A DNA stretch of 63,190 nucleotides, the filler included, from Folioceros fuciformis (Eukaryota), in the NCBI GenBank assembly GCA_049999805.1. It is 37 parts of 37 records of this genome, joined end to end, with 100 filler letters (N's around TTAATTAATTAA, not from the genome) between each part and the next. Parts side by side here need not be neighbours in the genome. Positions count along the whole stretch, not along the records: positions 61,887 to 63,190 come from JBNGIO010000119.1; 36 more parts are not named here. The stretch is one strand, 5' to 3'. The notes beneath the pieces were generated by a model. That model saw nothing but the letters and a program-made list of their open reading frames with translations. It was not told the DNA's origin and did not search any database. Position numbers and translations under genes: made by a program. Below are positions 62,478 to 63,190 of this stretch, one piece after another (position 1 is the first letter of the stretch; every line of letters begins with the position of its first letter).

Positions 62478-63190
62478 TGTGGAGGCAAAACCCCGGGCAC
62501 TGATTGCCAACGGGTTCCACCTTTAGTGGCCACACTTATCCCACTGTCGTTGAGACATAAGGTTTCGTTCTCACAAAGGAGTGATGGGGTTCCTTGCTGC
62601 TGTGGATGGAGGGTCGGACTTGATCGACTCAATGATGGATTCGAGGGCTCCCCTCCAGCTCCGATCAGGCGTAGGATAGGCCTCGCTGTCCGGCGGTCAG
62701 CTGCACCTCTCTCGGTGCCCACAAACTCACTCCAGTCACTACAACGACCCTAACCTCTTAGATCTGCGACTTCCCTCACTCACTTCACTCACTCTCTCAC
62801 TCCAGCACCAACACTAGCAACTAACCATGACACCACTACCTTCTACACTTCCCTATTGACTCCTCCTACCCGGCAAGAGTCACTAGACTAACCCCAAAGA
62901 AAAGAAAGAAGGGAACACACTCCCCTCTTGGATATCTCCCCCCTACAACCTTACCAGACGCCATGAAACATGGCCGGCCTACAGAACTTGTCCAAGCAAG
63001 GAACAAGAGTGGACAGGTCGAGAGAAAGACACATCCTTTACAATAAAGAGCTAGGGGCAAGCCCCTTCACCCTGGTCATTACACCTTGTGATCCTACCAG
63101 ACACTATACAACCGGCAACACACTGCAGGTCCTAGACCAAGCAGGGACAGACCACAAGAGCTCATGAAGAGAGGACCTCCAAGAGCTCAC
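62478..63190 (-). mobile_element. LTR-1 3' end
   Basis: TGTGGAGGCAAAACCCCGGG on +. Confidence 0.85.

Overview
This is not a contiguous locus. It is 37 short contigs (about 1-4.6 kb) joined by 36 identical artificial 100-nt linkers (N44-TTAATTAATTAA-N44), so adjacency across linkers means nothing. The DNA is from a repeat-rich plant (streptophyte) nuclear genome, judged from GT-AG introns, a plant CBM20 gene, an OPR remnant and a plant-mitochondrial 26S rRNA fragment. Most of it is nested, decayed retroelements: Ty1/copia (at least two lineages), Ty3/gypsy and L1-type LINEs. One young, long-LTR family (here 'LTR-1', TGTGAACC...GCCTCCACA, about 2.4 kb by manual reconstruction) supplies 24 termini and explains many contig breaks. 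Non-retroelement content is one apparently intact 5-exon CBM20 starch-binding gene (347 aa), a frameshifted OPR/Old Yellow Enzyme remnant, a NUMT and a degenerate 5S-rRNA-like segment. The best candidates for something undescribed are (i) an intron-split IS3/IS481-like eukaryotic integrase-core transposase fragment, (ii) a protein-conserved two-ORF module in three diverged repeat copies, and (iii) a repeated ~65-nt hairpin-conserving module inside another LTR family. All calls are by eye; no searches were run.
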